Origin: a virus
Lineage: Duplodnaviria > Caudoviricetes
DNA: 62,573 nucleotides
IMG/VR virus record: IMGVR_UViG_3300049139_000046
Span: 1-62,573 of that record
Direction: 5' to 3' (one strand)
This document shows positions 19,363 to 28,086 of this stretch, one piece after another (the stretch's first letter is position 1; each line of letters starts with the position of its first letter). The notes beneath the pieces were generated by a model that saw only the letters and a program-made list of their open reading frames with translations, did not search any database and was not told where the DNA came from. Both the position numbers and the translations under genes were made by a program.

Positions 19363-19641
19363 TTATGCCCGACGGCCGGCTACGGGTTCACGCTCCTGAT
19401 TGATGGGCCTTGCAATAGCAGCAATCTGGTTCTGATAGATATCCACCGTCCTCGGATAGCCGACCTCGTTAACTAGCGACTGTTCCATCAAGCAAACTAC
19501 GTAAGGATCGGCATACTCCACCTCGCCCTTGATTTCCACCCCACTCTTAAGCCATATGGTGAGTTGCTGCCCCTTCCTGATGGGCGGCCGGCGGATTGCT
19601 CGGTTGCCCTCTGTGTCCTTCAGCCAGAAATCCTCACTCAT
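19363..19641 (-). CDS. Hfq/Sm-like fold protein
   Basis: LTIWLKSGVEIKGEVEYADPYVVCL matches the Sm1 pattern; DIYQNQIAAI matches the Sm2 pattern. Confidence 0.55.
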   Translation of the reverse strand: MSEDFWLKDTEGNRAIRRPPIRKGQQLTIWLKSGVEIKGEVEYADPYVVCLMEQSLVNEVGYPRTVDIYQNQIAAIARPINQEREPVAGRRA

Positions 19642-19895
19642 GGCTGATCCAGATGTGGTGGCCGATACGCTGGGCGGAGTTCGCCCTCAGGCCGACCTGC
19701 AATATGCTCGATTAACTTACGCTCGGACTCGGCCAGGCTTTTCGACTCTCCGTACTCATAGTCGTACTCATAGCAGGCTGAGAAGTTGTCAGCTAGCTCA
19801 GCAAGTTTGGCCTGCCAGATACCATATTTCGTTGTCGGCGGTCGCTCTGGAAGAGGTTGCCATTTGTACCGTTCCTGACTCATCGCTCTCTCCAT
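19638..19895 (-). CDS. Hypothetical protein
   Basis: Coupled ORF, about 85 aa. Confidence 0.55.
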   Translation of the reverse strand: MERAMSQERYKWQPLPERPPTTKYGIWQAKLAELADNFSACYEYDYEYGESKSLAESERKLIEHIAGRPEGELRPAYRPPHLDQP

Positions 19896-19915
19896 AGCCT
19901 GTGCAGGGTGGATGC

Positions 19916-20536
19916 CTACGTCACAATCCGGAGGCGATCCTTAAATTCCTCAGCCGGATCGAATGCTGGTGCGGGGTTACGCCAGTCGGTCTGATCCCAA
20001 TTCCCCTTCCCGTGATTACAGTCGTGGCACAGCACTTGCAGGTTATTCACGTCCAGCGCCAACTCCGGGAACAGCCGGCGGGGCTTGATGTGGTCAACGT
20101 TTATCTTGATCCCGTCTGCTGGTGTCGCGCCGCAGCATCCACACCTAGCGCCATCCCGCTTGATCGCCACCATTCGGATGCGGCGCCACTCATAGGTCTC
20201 GAGAAATGCGTCCGACCGCGGATCGACCGCATACCCCTTGGGCGATTGGAGATAGACGATTGCCCGCTTGGCCTGGAGCGGCTGCATCTTCGGTCGTGGA
20301 GTAGCCGGCTTCCTAGCGAACGAGATCTCCAGCCGTTTGCAGAGATCCGCCAAAAACGGCTGTTTGCGCGTTCCCTTCTTGACTCCTTCTGCCAGCACGA
20401 ACGCAGCCGCGAACTCCTCAGGCTTGTGTGCCTTCAGCGCGGCAAGAACTAGATCGAACTTCCCGGCCGCTCTCATGTACCCGTTCTTCCTCGCATACGT
20501 CCCGAGGACCGCAATCATCTTTGATGCACCCGCCAT
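19916..20536 (-). CDS. HNH endonuclease, McrA-like
   Basis: CGCCG...VDHIKP...NNLQVLCHDCNHGK; AGGGAG RBS before MAGASK. Confidence 0.85.
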   Translation of the reverse strand: MAGASKMIAVLGTYARKNGYMRAAGKFDLVLAALKAHKPEEFAAAFVLAEGVKKGTRKQPFLADLCKRLEISFARKPATPRPKMQPLQAKRAIVYLQSPKGYAVDPRSDAFLETYEWRRIRMVAIKRDGARCGCCGATPADGIKINVDHIKPRRLFPELALDVNNLQVLCHDCNHGKGNWDQTDWRNPAPAFDPAEEFKDRLRIVT

Positions 20537-20565
20537 CGCATGCTCCCTATACGTCGTGGGAACAG

Positions 20566-20690
20566 CAAAAAGCCGTACTTCGGCTGATGCCTCCCCGTGC
20601 GGGCGGACACGGTTGCCTCTCGGCTTGGAAGCACCATGCGAAGTACGGCTCATGGTGTTTTGTCATCGTACCCTTGCCCGCACGTTGACA
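20566..20690 (-). promoter_or_regulatory. c4-like stem/attenuator in the HNH leader
   Basis: AGCCGTACTTCG-CA-TGGTGCTTCC...GGAGGCATCA-GC-CGAAGTACGGCT-TTTT; upstream CGTGCGGGC is complementary to loop GCCCGCACG. Confidence 0.6.
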
Positions 20691-20987
20691 GCTTCATGGT
20701 CAGGGACGGAAGGTAGGATAAATGCACATCACCTCAGACTGTCCCAAATCACCCGCCAGTAGTACCGGCAGCAGACGACCACTTCCCACCACAGGTTCCT
20801 GATCCGATGGCGCTGCCGGCGGTAGAAACGGCTGATGTGCTCGTTCATCCACGCCTCCGAACCAGAATTGCAGCAATCTCCTTCAAATCAGCCTCCTGAC
20901 GCTTGAGCAAAGTCATCAACTCATTTGTCTGCAACTTGGTGGGTAATTCTGGGCCTCGCAGACAGGACAAAAGGCGGCGCAGCCAGT

Positions 20988-21816
20988 TCATGACTGTTCC
21001 TTAGCCCGACGGCGAACTTCCCAGTTCCTGATGGCCCAGTCGCACAACCAGCCTGTTCCGATCATGATCAGCCCGCAGGCGAATATCTTCTGCAGGGTGA
21101 TTTCCGGCCCGTTCCACCAGACCAGAAAAATGACCGACATCAGAAAAAATAACTGATCGATGTACTTCATGGCTCCACCACCTTCACGGGCAATCCGTAA
21201 AAATACGCGCTCCCATCCTCACGAACCACCACGGCTGAAATGTCGTTCAGGACATCCCTTTCATCTGGGGTGACCTCCAAGCATGTAAATGCCGCCCGAT
21301 CAGACGACTGCATAACTTTCATCACCTCTAGAAATCTGGCACGGATCTCTTGTTCAGTCTCCCGAGCCGCGATCAACCGCTTTAGCTCGTCAGGATCACG
21401 CGGGATCAGTTTCATCCCACCACCACCGGAACGCCCTGGTACTTGGTCTGGCCGGTGTAGTGGGGGCCGTAGGATGCCCTGAGCATGTCGTGCTCCTGCT
21501 GGGTCACGACCAGGGGGTTGATTCCAGCCTTGACCTGGTCCTCCAGGATGATGCACAGCCGGTGGACCCGGGCGTTCTGGGCCTTGTTCATCGATTCCAG
21601 TGGGTGTGAGTACATTCAATCCTCCGCGGTGATCAGCAGAAAAGGGGCTTGGACAGTCTTCAGTTCGCCATCCTGAATGACGTCTGCCGGATCATCGACT
21701 TTGGTAATGGATTCGATGGTGACGTCCCCGGATCGGCTGGTGGAGAGGAGACAGACCAGGTCGCCGTGGCTCGATTTAGCCTTCTCGAGGTGGTCGATTA
21801 ATTCACTGATCAGCAT
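20988..21816 (-). other. Small ORFs 20988-21170 (two TM segments), 21167-21415, 21412-21615, 21616-21816
   Basis: Translationally coupled ORFs. Confidence 0.6.
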
Positions 21817-21978
21817 TTTCAGCCTCCGGTGGTCCCTGAAAACTTGCTATCACAATCGCAACCAGCACAGCCAATCCTTTGCGCTCCTGGGGGGAATTGG
21901 CCGTCAGGACGACTGCCTGCGGGCCGTTGGTGTCGACATCTTCCTGGCTATCTCCAGCGGTCTGGACTTCCACTTTTG

Positions 21979-22398
21979 CTACCTCCTTCCATGTGTTTGT
22001 GCGAGTCTGAGCAACCTCTCCCCCAGTTCGTACGACGGGCAGATCGTGGGGTCAGCACGCAGCGCCTTCAGATGTTCTTCCGTAGACCCGCACCTCAGCG
22101 CGATCATGCGATAGGTCATACCACCGATCCTGAGGTTATTGAGCAGGATCGACCAGCGGGATGTTCCGGTCATCACCGCCGCATGCAGGATGACCAGCAA
22201 TTCCCCAGCCGGATGCCGCGGCTGGACGTTTGGATCGTTCACCAGTCTGGTGATCTGGCTGCGGTCACAGCCGATATGCTTGGCTATCCGATGATCGAAC
22301 CAGCCCCGCTCCCGAAGGTCCAGAACCCTGCGTCCCATCTCTGAGATGGCGCCAGGTCTTTCGGTGGGGGTGACTTCGATCTCATCCACAGTGATCAC
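21979..22398 (-). CDS. Tandem-HTH DNA-binding protein
   Basis: Two HTH-like repeats (DHRIAKHIGCDRSQITRL; YRMIALRCGSTEEHLKAL...PSYELGERL). Confidence 0.65.
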   Translation of the reverse strand: MITVDEIEVTPTERPGAISEMGRRVLDLRERGWFDHRIAKHIGCDRSQITRLVNDPNVQPRHPAGELLVILHAAVMTGTSRWSILLNNLRIGGMTYRMIALRCGSTEEHLKALRADPTICPSYELGERLLRLAQTHGRR

Positions 22399-23874
22399 TT
22401 TCCCTCCAACTCGGCCACGTTGCGGTTGATCTCAGCGATCTTTGCTTCAGCCCGCTGACGCAATTCGTCTACCGCATCCAATCGCTTGACGTACATTCTT
22501 TGGGCATCATCAGGCTTTACCTGATACCAGTTGTATGCGTCACCCGACAACAGATGCCTGGCCGGCTCCTTCTTTAAAATCACGCCATCAAGGACAACCG
22601 CCTCGGCCTCCACGATATCGAATGGGAAACCGCCGTCACCGCCGACCACCCAGTACACCTTTCCGAGTTCGACCGCCGGCAGATCATCTTTTATCGACAT
22701 CACTCGTCCTCCTTCAGAAGCCCCCGAATGACCAGGAAAGCCTTCCGGTGCAGCTCGGCGGACTCCTTATCTCCCGACCAGAAGGCCGCTTCGGCCATCG
22801 CATGGTCGAAGTGGTGGTATCCGTCCCGGAAATAGCCGTTCGGGCCTTCCACGCAGTACCTGACGTCAGTGCCGATCCGGTACTTCCTGACCGTGTGGAC
22901 GAGGGCTGCGTCCATCTTGGCGACCGGCGGCCAGATGTAGTTGACCGCAGAAATACGCACATCACCACCGGCGGCATACCGGTCGATCAATCGCTTCATC
23001 TGCTCCGCGCTGAGGTTAAGATTTACCGGCTCCGTCCACTCCTGCTCCATGTCCATAGTTACCCTTGTGGCTTGATTCGGTACTGACGGTTGGGCGCCCA
23101 TTGCGGGATGACATCTTCCCAATGCCCGTCGAAATCCATCTGGATCTGAGCACCCTCTGCGTAGGCGATCTTCAGGTCCAGAAACTTGTCCTGCCGGGGG
23201 TCCAACTTCAGGGCCACACAATCATCCTGGGGACGATAGACGTAGTGGGGGAACCGTTCCCGCCACGCTAATACCTCCTGCAGCACAAGCGCCAACTCGG
23301 CGTTCGTCATCGCTTCCCCTTCGGCTCATGTTTCGCGCCATCGAAACCACACACGTTCTCGCCCTTCCTGACGATCTCCGCACAGTCCCTCGGGCCTTTG
23401 AGTTGCGCCCAGACTTCCGGATGCACGCAGACAGGGCGCTGGCTGGGATACCAGGGGCGGCTGTGCAGGCAGTTCGAGCACGCTTTCATCAGTACAAAGC
23501 CTCGCTGTAGAGCTTCATTCCGTTCAGACCTTGGCCGCAGGCTTCTGGCCGCCAGAGTTGGCCAGCGCGTAGGGCAACCTCGTATGCTTCCTCGCGGGGC
23601 ATGAAGACGCCGTACTGGTCGACAAACCCCTGGTCTTCGTCCAGGCAGTTGAGAAACCGAGTGCCGTCCTGGCGGTACTGGATCTGCTCGTGCATGTCAC
23701 GGCTGTAGTGCCGGATGCCTAGCAGCAGCCTGCCGTCTTTGGACCGGATTGCCGCGCACACGACGCGCCTCACGCTTCCACCTTCACATGGACTGCGTAT
23801 TCCTTGCCCTTCTTCTGCCCGTACTTCCACGTCAGCAGGGGATCGCCATCGTCCCGCTTCAGCCAGTCACTCAT
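22395..23874 (-). other. Small hypothetical ORFs (22395-22703, 22700-~23056, 23059-23310, 23307-23489, 23489-23773, 23770-23874)
   Basis: Coupled ORFs; 23489-23773 has the common phage motif VVCAAIR...DQGFVDQYG...LYSE. Confidence 0.6.
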
Positions 23875-24692
23875 GTTTCCCATCCCGGGATCAACGAACC
23901 CACCTTGCGAGCGATCTCCCTGTATCCCTTCTCCTCAACCACCACCAACTTCACGGTCGGGTGATATTTCGCCATTCGTCTGATGACCGTCTTGCTCCGG
24001 GCATCCATCCATCCCTTGACCTCGTGCCATTCAACCGTGCCGCCGAGGTTAGTCACTTTGAAGTCTGGAAGGTAGCTAACACAGCCACGCTTGATCCCGT
24101 CGAACCAAAATGTCTCAGCCTCATGCTCCCAGTCGGCAATCTGTCCTAGCCCTCTGAGCCATTCCAAGTAGCGGCCATAGTTGGCCTCCCACCTTGACCG
24201 GAAGAACACCCGCCTATCACCGATCTCACGCCATCCCGCCTTCCAAGATCCTCGTGGATTGGCGAAAGGGACACCCTGCTCCCTCCTTCTACGAACGCGG
24301 CTGTACACGAAATCATCCTTCTCCGTCTGAGTCCTCGACGCCCACCATTCCCTGCCTTTCTGTCCGAGAACTGCTTTCGTTTCCGCCGAATGTCGCATGC
24401 CAAGCGCACCACGCGGATGCCCATGCTCAGCTTGATAACGCTTAGTCCCGGCCACAATGGCGGCTTTCCTGGCCTCAGGCGTCTCGTGCTTGCGGTATAC
24501 CTTCCACGCCTCGACCCGCTTACGCGACTTGAGCGTCAGACCCAAAGAGCGCGCCTTTCGGCTGATGTTGGTCTTATGTCGCCCCAGCTTCACCGCCAAG
24601 CCGCTCAAGTCAATGTCTTGAGCCAACCTCGCGTTCTCGTAAGCCGCCTTCAAGGCGTCGATCTCTGCGTCGGCCCACCTGACGCCACTCAC
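23871..24692 (-). CDS. PD-(D/E)XK endonuclease with N-terminal HTH and NUMOD3-like motif
   Basis: FRSRWEANY...YLPDFKV...EVKGW; GMRHSAETK. Confidence 0.75.
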   Translation of the reverse strand: MSGVRWADAEIDALKAAYENARLAQDIDLSGLAVKLGRHKTNISRKARSLGLTLKSRKRVEAWKVYRKHETPEARKAAIVAGTKRYQAEHGHPRGALGMRHSAETKAVLGQKGREWWASRTQTEKDDFVYSRVRRRREQGVPFANPRGSWKAGWREIGDRRVFFRSRWEANYGRYLEWLRGLGQIADWEHEAETFWFDGIKRGCVSYLPDFKVTNLGGTVEWHEVKGWMDARSKTVIRRMAKYHPTVKLVVVEEKGYREIARKVGSLIPGWET

Positions 24693-25027
24693 GACCGCCT
24701 CCCGTCACGAATCCTCAGTTCCAGCCGGGCTAGTGCATTCCACGCGGCCTGGGCTGCGTGCAGCAAGCCGCTGTCGGTATCGTGTGTCTCACCAGCAGCC
24801 TCAGCCAGCAGGTGCCTATACATGGCGTCGGTGTACCTAGCGTGACCATCCGGCACTTCCAACCAACTATTCGGGGCGTACTTCTTCGCCCCAAAGGACG
24901 TAACCTGCGCCACAGCTTCTAGTGCATGTGGAAAGCCACCGACCATCAAACCGATACGGTTCTTCCCCTCGTCTAGCTTTGCGCCTGGCTCGTGCTGGCT
25001 TCTGCCCGTGGGGTCACTTTCGATCAC
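24689..25027 (-). CDS. dATP/dGTP diphosphohydrolase domain protein (DUF5664-like)
   Basis: GAKLDEGK...FGAKKYAPNSW...YTDAMYRHL...SGLLHAAQAAWNAL. Confidence 0.85.
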   Translation of the reverse strand: MIESDPTGRSQHEPGAKLDEGKNRIGLMVGGFPHALEAVAQVTSFGAKKYAPNSWLEVPDGHARYTDAMYRHLLAEAAGETHDTDSGLLHAAQAAWNALARLELRIRDGRRS

Positions 25028-25263
25028 CTCGCCCTCCGCTTCTGCCGATCCCGCGCACCTACTGGCCTGCCCCGCTGCAGGGCCTTCAGATCAGGCTCTG
25101 CGTCGATGTCGTCCAGCGCCTCGTTGATGGCCTTAGCCGTCGCCGTGGTTACCGCTGTCTTGATCCTGCCGGTCAGGATTCTGGACACCGTCGAGGGCGC
25201 TACCCCTGCCACCCGGGCGACTTGGCCGATGATTCGGCCTCTCAGGCGCTCTTGCAGGGTCAT
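25024..25263 (-). CDS. Small HTH regulator
   Basis: QVARVAGVAPSTVSRIL. Confidence 0.75.
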   Translation of the reverse strand: MTLQERLRGRIIGQVARVAGVAPSTVSRILTGRIKTAVTTATAKAINEALDDIDAEPDLKALQRGRPVGARDRQKRRAR

Positions 25264-25532
25264 GACTCACCCTTTCGCTCAATGCAGTCATCCTGCGGGC
25301 GGTAGATGTACTGCGGGAACCGTTCGCGCCACGCAGCGCGCTCTCGCCGCACTTGGTCAATCCATCCACCGGGGTTGTTTTCTGCGATCCAGCCACGTAC
25401 TTGCTCTTGGAATGCGTCACGCTCGGCCAGCGCCTGCTGTGCTCGATCGTAGAACTGCCGCCGAGACAACTCGTTATCCATGACCATGTCATAAGGCATT
25501 TGAATCACCGCCCGCAGCATTAGGTCGCTCAC
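25260..25532 (-). CDS. Hypothetical protein
   Basis: Shares WRERFPxYxYRPQDDC with 23059-23310. Confidence 0.6.
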   Translation of the reverse strand: MSDLMLRAVIQMPYDMVMDNELSRRQFYDRAQQALAERDAFQEQVRGWIAENNPGGWIDQVRRERAAWRERFPQYIYRPQDDCIERKGES

Positions 25533-25867
25533 CCGATCCTCTCGTCATATCGGTGGTTGTGCTCATCCGGCTCGCCCTTGGATGCCCATCCCAAGCAGCG
25601 CAGGATCACACCCATGATCAGCGCCCAGATCAGCACGACACCTACTGCCCACCAGCCCCAATGCAGGGCATCTAGCCAGGCGATCATGCGGCCTTCCTGT
25701 GCTCAGTCCAGACGCTATGAATGGCGAACAACAGCGCGATGCCTGCCATTGACAGGTTTATCCATTTCTCGGTTACCGGCGCCAGGACTACCCACGTCAT
25801 CAGCAGCCAGTAGTGCTTTTCGCTCACGCCGTGAACTCCTGCACCCGCTCCGGGATGCTCTCGGTGC

Positions 25868-26149
25868 TCATATCGTGAAATCCAGTAGACGATCCCATGC
25901 CTCGTCGACCTCGGTTTCGATCGGCACATCTTTCGATAGGTCGGCGTCGGGGTCGTTGATTGGACGAAGCCGGTCAGGAGGAGCGGTGAAATATGAAGCT
26001 GAGGGATAAGCTACACGGCACCAATCCGCCTCTATCCACCAAGTTCCATCGGCAGCATCCCACTTGACCACCTGCACGACTCGGCCGATGAACTGCCGCT
26101 CCCACCACGGAAGATTGACGAGGTAGCACAGCATTCCGGGCCTGATCAT
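25868..26149 (-). CDS. Hypothetical protein
   Basis: 93 aa, coupled to the methyltransferase stop. Confidence 0.6.
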   Translation of the reverse strand: MIRPGMLCYLVNLPWWERQFIGRVVQVVKWDAADGTWWIEADWCRVAYPSASYFTAPPDRLRPINDPDADLSKDVPIETEVDEAWDRLLDFTI

Positions 26150-28086
26150 GCGGCCTCCCTATCCTGAATTTCCTCAACCATCTGAATCCGCTGGCCCAGC
26201 CAGGACATGCAGTTGACGGCCATGCTGTTGCCGATCACCTTGTACCGGGGACCGTCGGAGGCGGGCTTGCCGCGGTAGGGCACGTCCGTCCAGCCGTCGG
26301 GGAAGCCTTGCAGGCGCTCGCACTCAAGGGGCGTCAGGCGGCGGACCTGCATGCCAGAACCGACCGCCATCTGCCCGCCACCGTTCGCATGGCTACCGTC
26401 ATGGCCCATGCTGCGAAGCGTCGGGGCTATGTCGCCTGCGTCTGCGCCGTGATCCTTGCAGGAGAAGGCGATTGCCATCGACGTGCCGTTGGTATCCAGC
26501 GGCCCGGTCTTCTCGCCGTACTGGATCACGTCCGATTGGCGGGCGTCGAAGGCGATGGCCGGCGGATGCCCAAGGGCCACCAGCGGATGGCAAGGATCGC
26601 CCGGCTTCGGGTTGCTGTAGTTCGCCTTGCTAGTGATCTGCGTGGTGTCGAATGCGATGGCTCCCACGCCGATCCCGCCGCGCCCGCCGTTCGGCGTCAG
26701 CAGCGCATTGGCCGTACCGTCGGATCGGTACTCCAGATCATGCGATTCGCCCCGGCCTCGGATGGCGAGAGTGTATGTCGGCACCAGCGGCGTGCCCCTG
26801 CCCGTCCCGTCCTCGCTGGCGTCGAATCCTTCGCCGGTCAGGGCGTGGGCGACGGCGACCACCATCTCCGACCCATTGCCGGCATTGCCATTACCGCCCA
26901 TCCCAGCCTGCAGGGTAGCCGCGACATCGCCGCCGCGACCGCAGGCGACCAGGGGCGACTGGTTGTTGACGCACTTTCCGATGTTGCTGCGGGTCAGGAA
27001 TGGCACATCGGCTGCGCCGCCTTCGGCATTGCCGAGATAGGACGCTCGCTTGTCCGCCCAATGTTTCCCAGCGTTGCCGCGTTGCGTGTTCTCCTTCGGA
27101 GTCACCGTCTCGAGGTGCGCGGGGTTACAGCACGCCGGGTTCCGGCATTGGTGGTCGAGTTGCAGCCCGTCAGGTATCTTCCCGACTTGATCCATGAAGG
27201 CGAAGCGATGCGCCCGCACAGTGCGTTTCTCGCTCCCTGACCAGAAGATCCCGTAGCCCTTCTCGTTCTTGCTGCCGATATAGGCCCAGCACGGCCCGCT
27301 GGTATCGACCTTCTGCCAGAACCGTTCAGCATCCGGTCGGCCCGGGATGTTGATCGGCTTAGACCCTACGTCACCGGAAGTTCTCCATCGCTGGTAATGA
27401 GTTCCGCACCATCCGCGTTTTTCAGCTGGTCGTCCGCATCCAGTGACTGAGCAACGGCCATTAATGCCGATTCCAATGCTTGGGGAAGCGATTTCCCGCG
27501 CTTCTCGGCGCGGCGCAGGATGCCCGAGCAGGCCCTCGCGCTCAAGTAGTACCGCTGCGGCACGCTGCCAGCTTCCAAGACATCCGACAACGAACACACG
27601 CCGCCTGCGCTGCGGAACGGCACCAGGGTGTGATTCCACTCGGGTGTACTGAGCGTCCAGAACTTTGTAGCTGAACCCGAACCCGAGTTCTGCCAGACCC
27701 CCAAGGAGGGCTCCAAAATCTTTTCCTCCGTTAGACGACAGGAGTCCGGGGACATTCTCGTAAACCACCCACTTGGGCCGATAACGATCAACAATTCCAA
27801 GATAGGTAAGGATGAGGTTGCCACGAGGATCATCCATTCCTTTGCGGAGACCGGCGACGGAAAATGACTGACAAGGGGAACCGCCGACGATGAGGTCAAC
27901 AGATCCATCTGGCCATTCTCGGAACTTAGTGACATCCCCAAAATTCGGCACTCCTGGAAAGTGGTGCGCCAGTACCGCGCACGCAAAGGGATCGACTTCG
28001 GCAAATCCAAACGGTTCCCACCCGAGCGGGTGCCATGCACACGACGCAGCTTCAATTCCACTGAATAGGCTTAAATAGCGCATCAA
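26146..28086 (-). CDS. C5-cytosine DNA methyltransferase with in-frame HNH domain
   Basis: FSGIEA (I), GGSPCQSFS (IV), ENVPG (VI), QRRRRVF (VIII), RRLTPLECERLQGFP and GNSMAV (C-terminal motifs). Confidence 0.95.
   Translation of the reverse strand: MMRYLSLFSGIEAASCAWHPLGWEPFGFAEVDPFACAVLAHHFPGVPNFGDVTKFREWPDGSVDLIVGGSPCQSFSVAGLRKGMDDPRGNLILTYLGIVDRYRPKWVVYENVPGLLSSNGGKDFGALLGGLAELGFGFSYKVLDAQYTRVESHPGAVPQRRRRVFVVGCLGSWQRAAAVLLEREGLLGHPAPRREAREIASPSIGIGINGRCSVTGCGRPAEKRGWCGTHYQRWRTSGDVGSKPINIPGRPDAERFWQKVDTSGPCWAYIGSKNEKGYGIFWSGSEKRTVRAHRFAFMDQVGKIPDGLQLDHQCRNPACCNPAHLETVTPKENTQRGNAGKHWADKRASYLGNAEGGAADVPFLTRSNIGKCVNNQSPLVACGRGGDVAATLQAGMGGNGNAGNGSEMVVAVAHALTGEGFDASEDGTGRGTPLVPTYTLAIRGRGESHDLEYRSDGTANALLTPNGGRGGIGVGAIAFDTTQITSKANYSNPKPGDPCHPLVALGHPPAIAFDARQSDVIQYGEKTGPLDTNGTSMAIAFSCKDHGADAGDIAPTLRSMGHDGSHANGGGQMAVGSGMQVRRLTPLECERLQGFPDGWTDVPYRGKPASDGPRYKVIGNSMAVNCMSWLGQRIQMVEEIQDREAA
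27366..28061 (-). CDS. Nested alternative-frame ORF resembling the M.EcoHK31I beta polypeptide (start may be 27935)
   Basis: WQNSG...FWTLSTPEW...CSLSDVLE...YYLSARACSGILRRAEKRGK.LP. Confidence 0.7.
   Translation of the reverse strand: MELKLRRVHGTRSGGNRLDLPKSIPLRARYWRTTFQECRILGMSLSSENGQMDLLTSSSAVPLVSHFPSPVSAKEWMILVATSSLPILELLIVIGPSGWFTRMSPDSCRLTEEKILEPSLGVWQNSGSGSATKFWTLSTPEWNHTLVPFRSAGGVCSLSDVLEAGSVPQRYYLSARACSGILRRAEKRGKSLPQALESALMAVAQSLDADDQLKNADGAELITSDGELPVT

Noticed and set aside
24689-25027. Z-genome (2-aminoadenine) pathway
   Set aside because: No PurZ or phage DNA polymerase recognised
27045-27455. Intein in the methyltransferase
   Set aside because: No block A/B motifs or His-Asn-Cys/Ser/Thr junction seen around the HNH domain
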